Virus record (IMG/VR): IMGVR_UViG_3300007512_000009
Span: 1 to 64,000 of that record
DNA: 64,000 nt
Strand: one strand, 5' to 3'
Source of the DNA: a virus
Part shown: one piece after another, positions 63,077-64,000 of the stretch
How positions within the stretch are numbered: the first letter of the stretch is position 1
Layout: each line of letters begins with the position of its first letter
Notes under the pieces: generated by a model
Told to the model about the DNA's origin: nothing
The model's database searches: none
The model's input: the letters and a program-made list of their open reading frames with translations, nothing else
Made by a program: the position numbers and the translations under genes

Positions 63077-63918
63077 TGTTTGAGATTTTTTATAACAAAG
63101 CAGTAAGAAAACTCACAGTAGCAATGGGTTCTCTGTTCAACAATATTCATGTTGTAAGAACCGATGCTGATGGTGATATCACATCTCAAATTCGTGTACC
63201 CTTAGGTTACGGGCCGAAAGAAAAATGGATTAGAAGACTTAGAGAATCCAACTCTCTTGCGGATGATACTAATGATGTAGAAATTACTTTACCGAGATTA
63301 AGTTTCGAAATGAATAGTATCCATTATGACCCTGCTAGAAAGAAAAATACCATGCAAAAAAGATGGTATAGACACACCGATAATACTAAATTATATACAA
63401 ACTACATAGAAGTACCCTATGATTTTGAGTTTAGTGTTACTGCTATGGTGAAATTTATGGAAGATGGGTTGTGTATTATGGAGCAAATTTTACCATATTT
63501 CACTCCTGAGTTTACTGTTACTATCAACTTTAATGACATTAATCAATCTGTTGATATCCCTATTATCCTTAACTCTGTAGAAGTGAATGAAGAATATGAA
63601 GGTGATTTTGATGCACGAAGATTGATTACTTTTGACATGTCGTTCACAGCGAAATCCAACGTGTTTGGCCCAACAAAAACAAGCCAACCTATTCAAACAG
63701 CAATTGCTACTATCTGGGAGCCAAATTCATTCTACCACGATGGTACATCTCTTGGTATGTCTGGTACAACTGCAGCCATGTCCAAACTTACTGTCGGTGT
63801 TACGGGACCAAGTGGTGCGTCTTCTGGTGTGGATACCTTCACTGGATTTACTGTGGGAACTAGAGTTTATGGTATGACTGGAGAAGATGGTATAAGTCTT
63901 GATGGAACTAATTTATGA
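63076..63918 (+). CDS. gp15: Tail sheath stabiliser / tail terminator
   Basis: FYNK..RK....G.LFNNI...VPL.YGPK.K...LPR.SFE...VPY...EQILPYF.P. Confidence 0.95.
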   Translation: MFEIFYNKAVRKLTVAMGSLFNNIHVVRTDADGDITSQIRVPLGYGPKEKWIRRLRESNSLADDTNDVEITLPRLSFEMNSIHYDPARKKNTMQKRWYRHTDNTKLYTNYIEVPYDFEFSVTAMVKFMEDGLCIMEQILPYFTPEFTVTINFNDINQSVDIPIILNSVEVNEEYEGDFDARRLITFDMSFTAKSNVFGPTKTSQPIQTAIATIWEPNSFYHDGTSLGMSGTTAAMSKLTVGVTGPSGASSGVDTFTGFTVGTRVYGMTGEDGISLDGTNL

Positions 63919-64000
63919 GTGATAATGATAAAAAGAAAAGTGTTAATGAAAAAATTGCAGATGCTCTCGATATAAACCTTGATAATGATAAAACAAAACC
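63915..64000 (+). CDS. Start of the next gene, probably terminase small subunit (3' partial)
   Basis: ATG overlaps the gp15 stop: MSDNDKKKSVNEKIADALDI. gp16 normally follows gp15. Confidence 0.5.
   Translation, partial: MSDNDKKKSVNEKIADALDINLDNDKTK

Noticed and set aside
1-64000. tRNA genes, introns/inteins, homing endonucleases, stop-codon reassignment
   Set aside because: No cloverleaf, LAGLIDADG/HNH/GIY-YIG motif or split core gene recognised. Core genes are full length under the standard code. tRNAscan and Infernal were not run.

Overview
A 64-kb segment of an AT-rich, T4-like (gp-numbered, TATAAATA late-promoter) myovirus genome. There is no sign of CRISPR arrays, tRNAs or transposons. 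Left to right: (i) 1-17.9 kb is a late-expressed accessory array of about 25 tightly packed genes. Many begin with a T4 internal-protein-like capsid-targeting leader (M-K/I-S/T-F/Y-K-Q/E-Y/F-x-x-E). Their cargo includes a ParB/Srx-like domain, a ligase-fold nucleotidyltransferase, a cytidylyltransferase-RimK-aspartic protease triple fusion, a mosaic protein of about 1240 aa, Pro/Trp/Asp-rich peptides with Ca-binding/dockerin-like motifs, and a dual-frame overlapping gene pair containing a spanin-like lipoprotein. (ii) 17.9-20.3 kb holds minus-strand RuvC-like, lipoprotein-trypsin and PLP-enzyme genes. (iii) 20.4-33 kb is an early/middle region with consensus sigma70 promoters, a MoxR/CobS-type AAA ATPase, small ORFs, a PurZ-type synthetase (2-aminoadenine pathway) coupled to an adenylate-kinase-like gene, a PD-(D/E)xK exonuclease, gp33 and gp32. 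(iv) 33-64 kb is the tail/baseplate/neck module (tape measure, gp51/gp26 with a probable -1 frameshift, gp54-like, gp2, gp4, gp48, gp53, gp27-like, gp5, fibre/spike, PAAR, holin-like, gp25, gp6-8, VrlC-like, gp13-15, start of gp16). The strongest leads are purZ plus kinase in a T4-like phage, the capsid-cargo array, and a window-wide restriction-site avoidance rule that exempts sites overlapping GGC/GCC. All family assignments come from recognising motifs by eye, and all motif tallies are manual and non-exhaustive.
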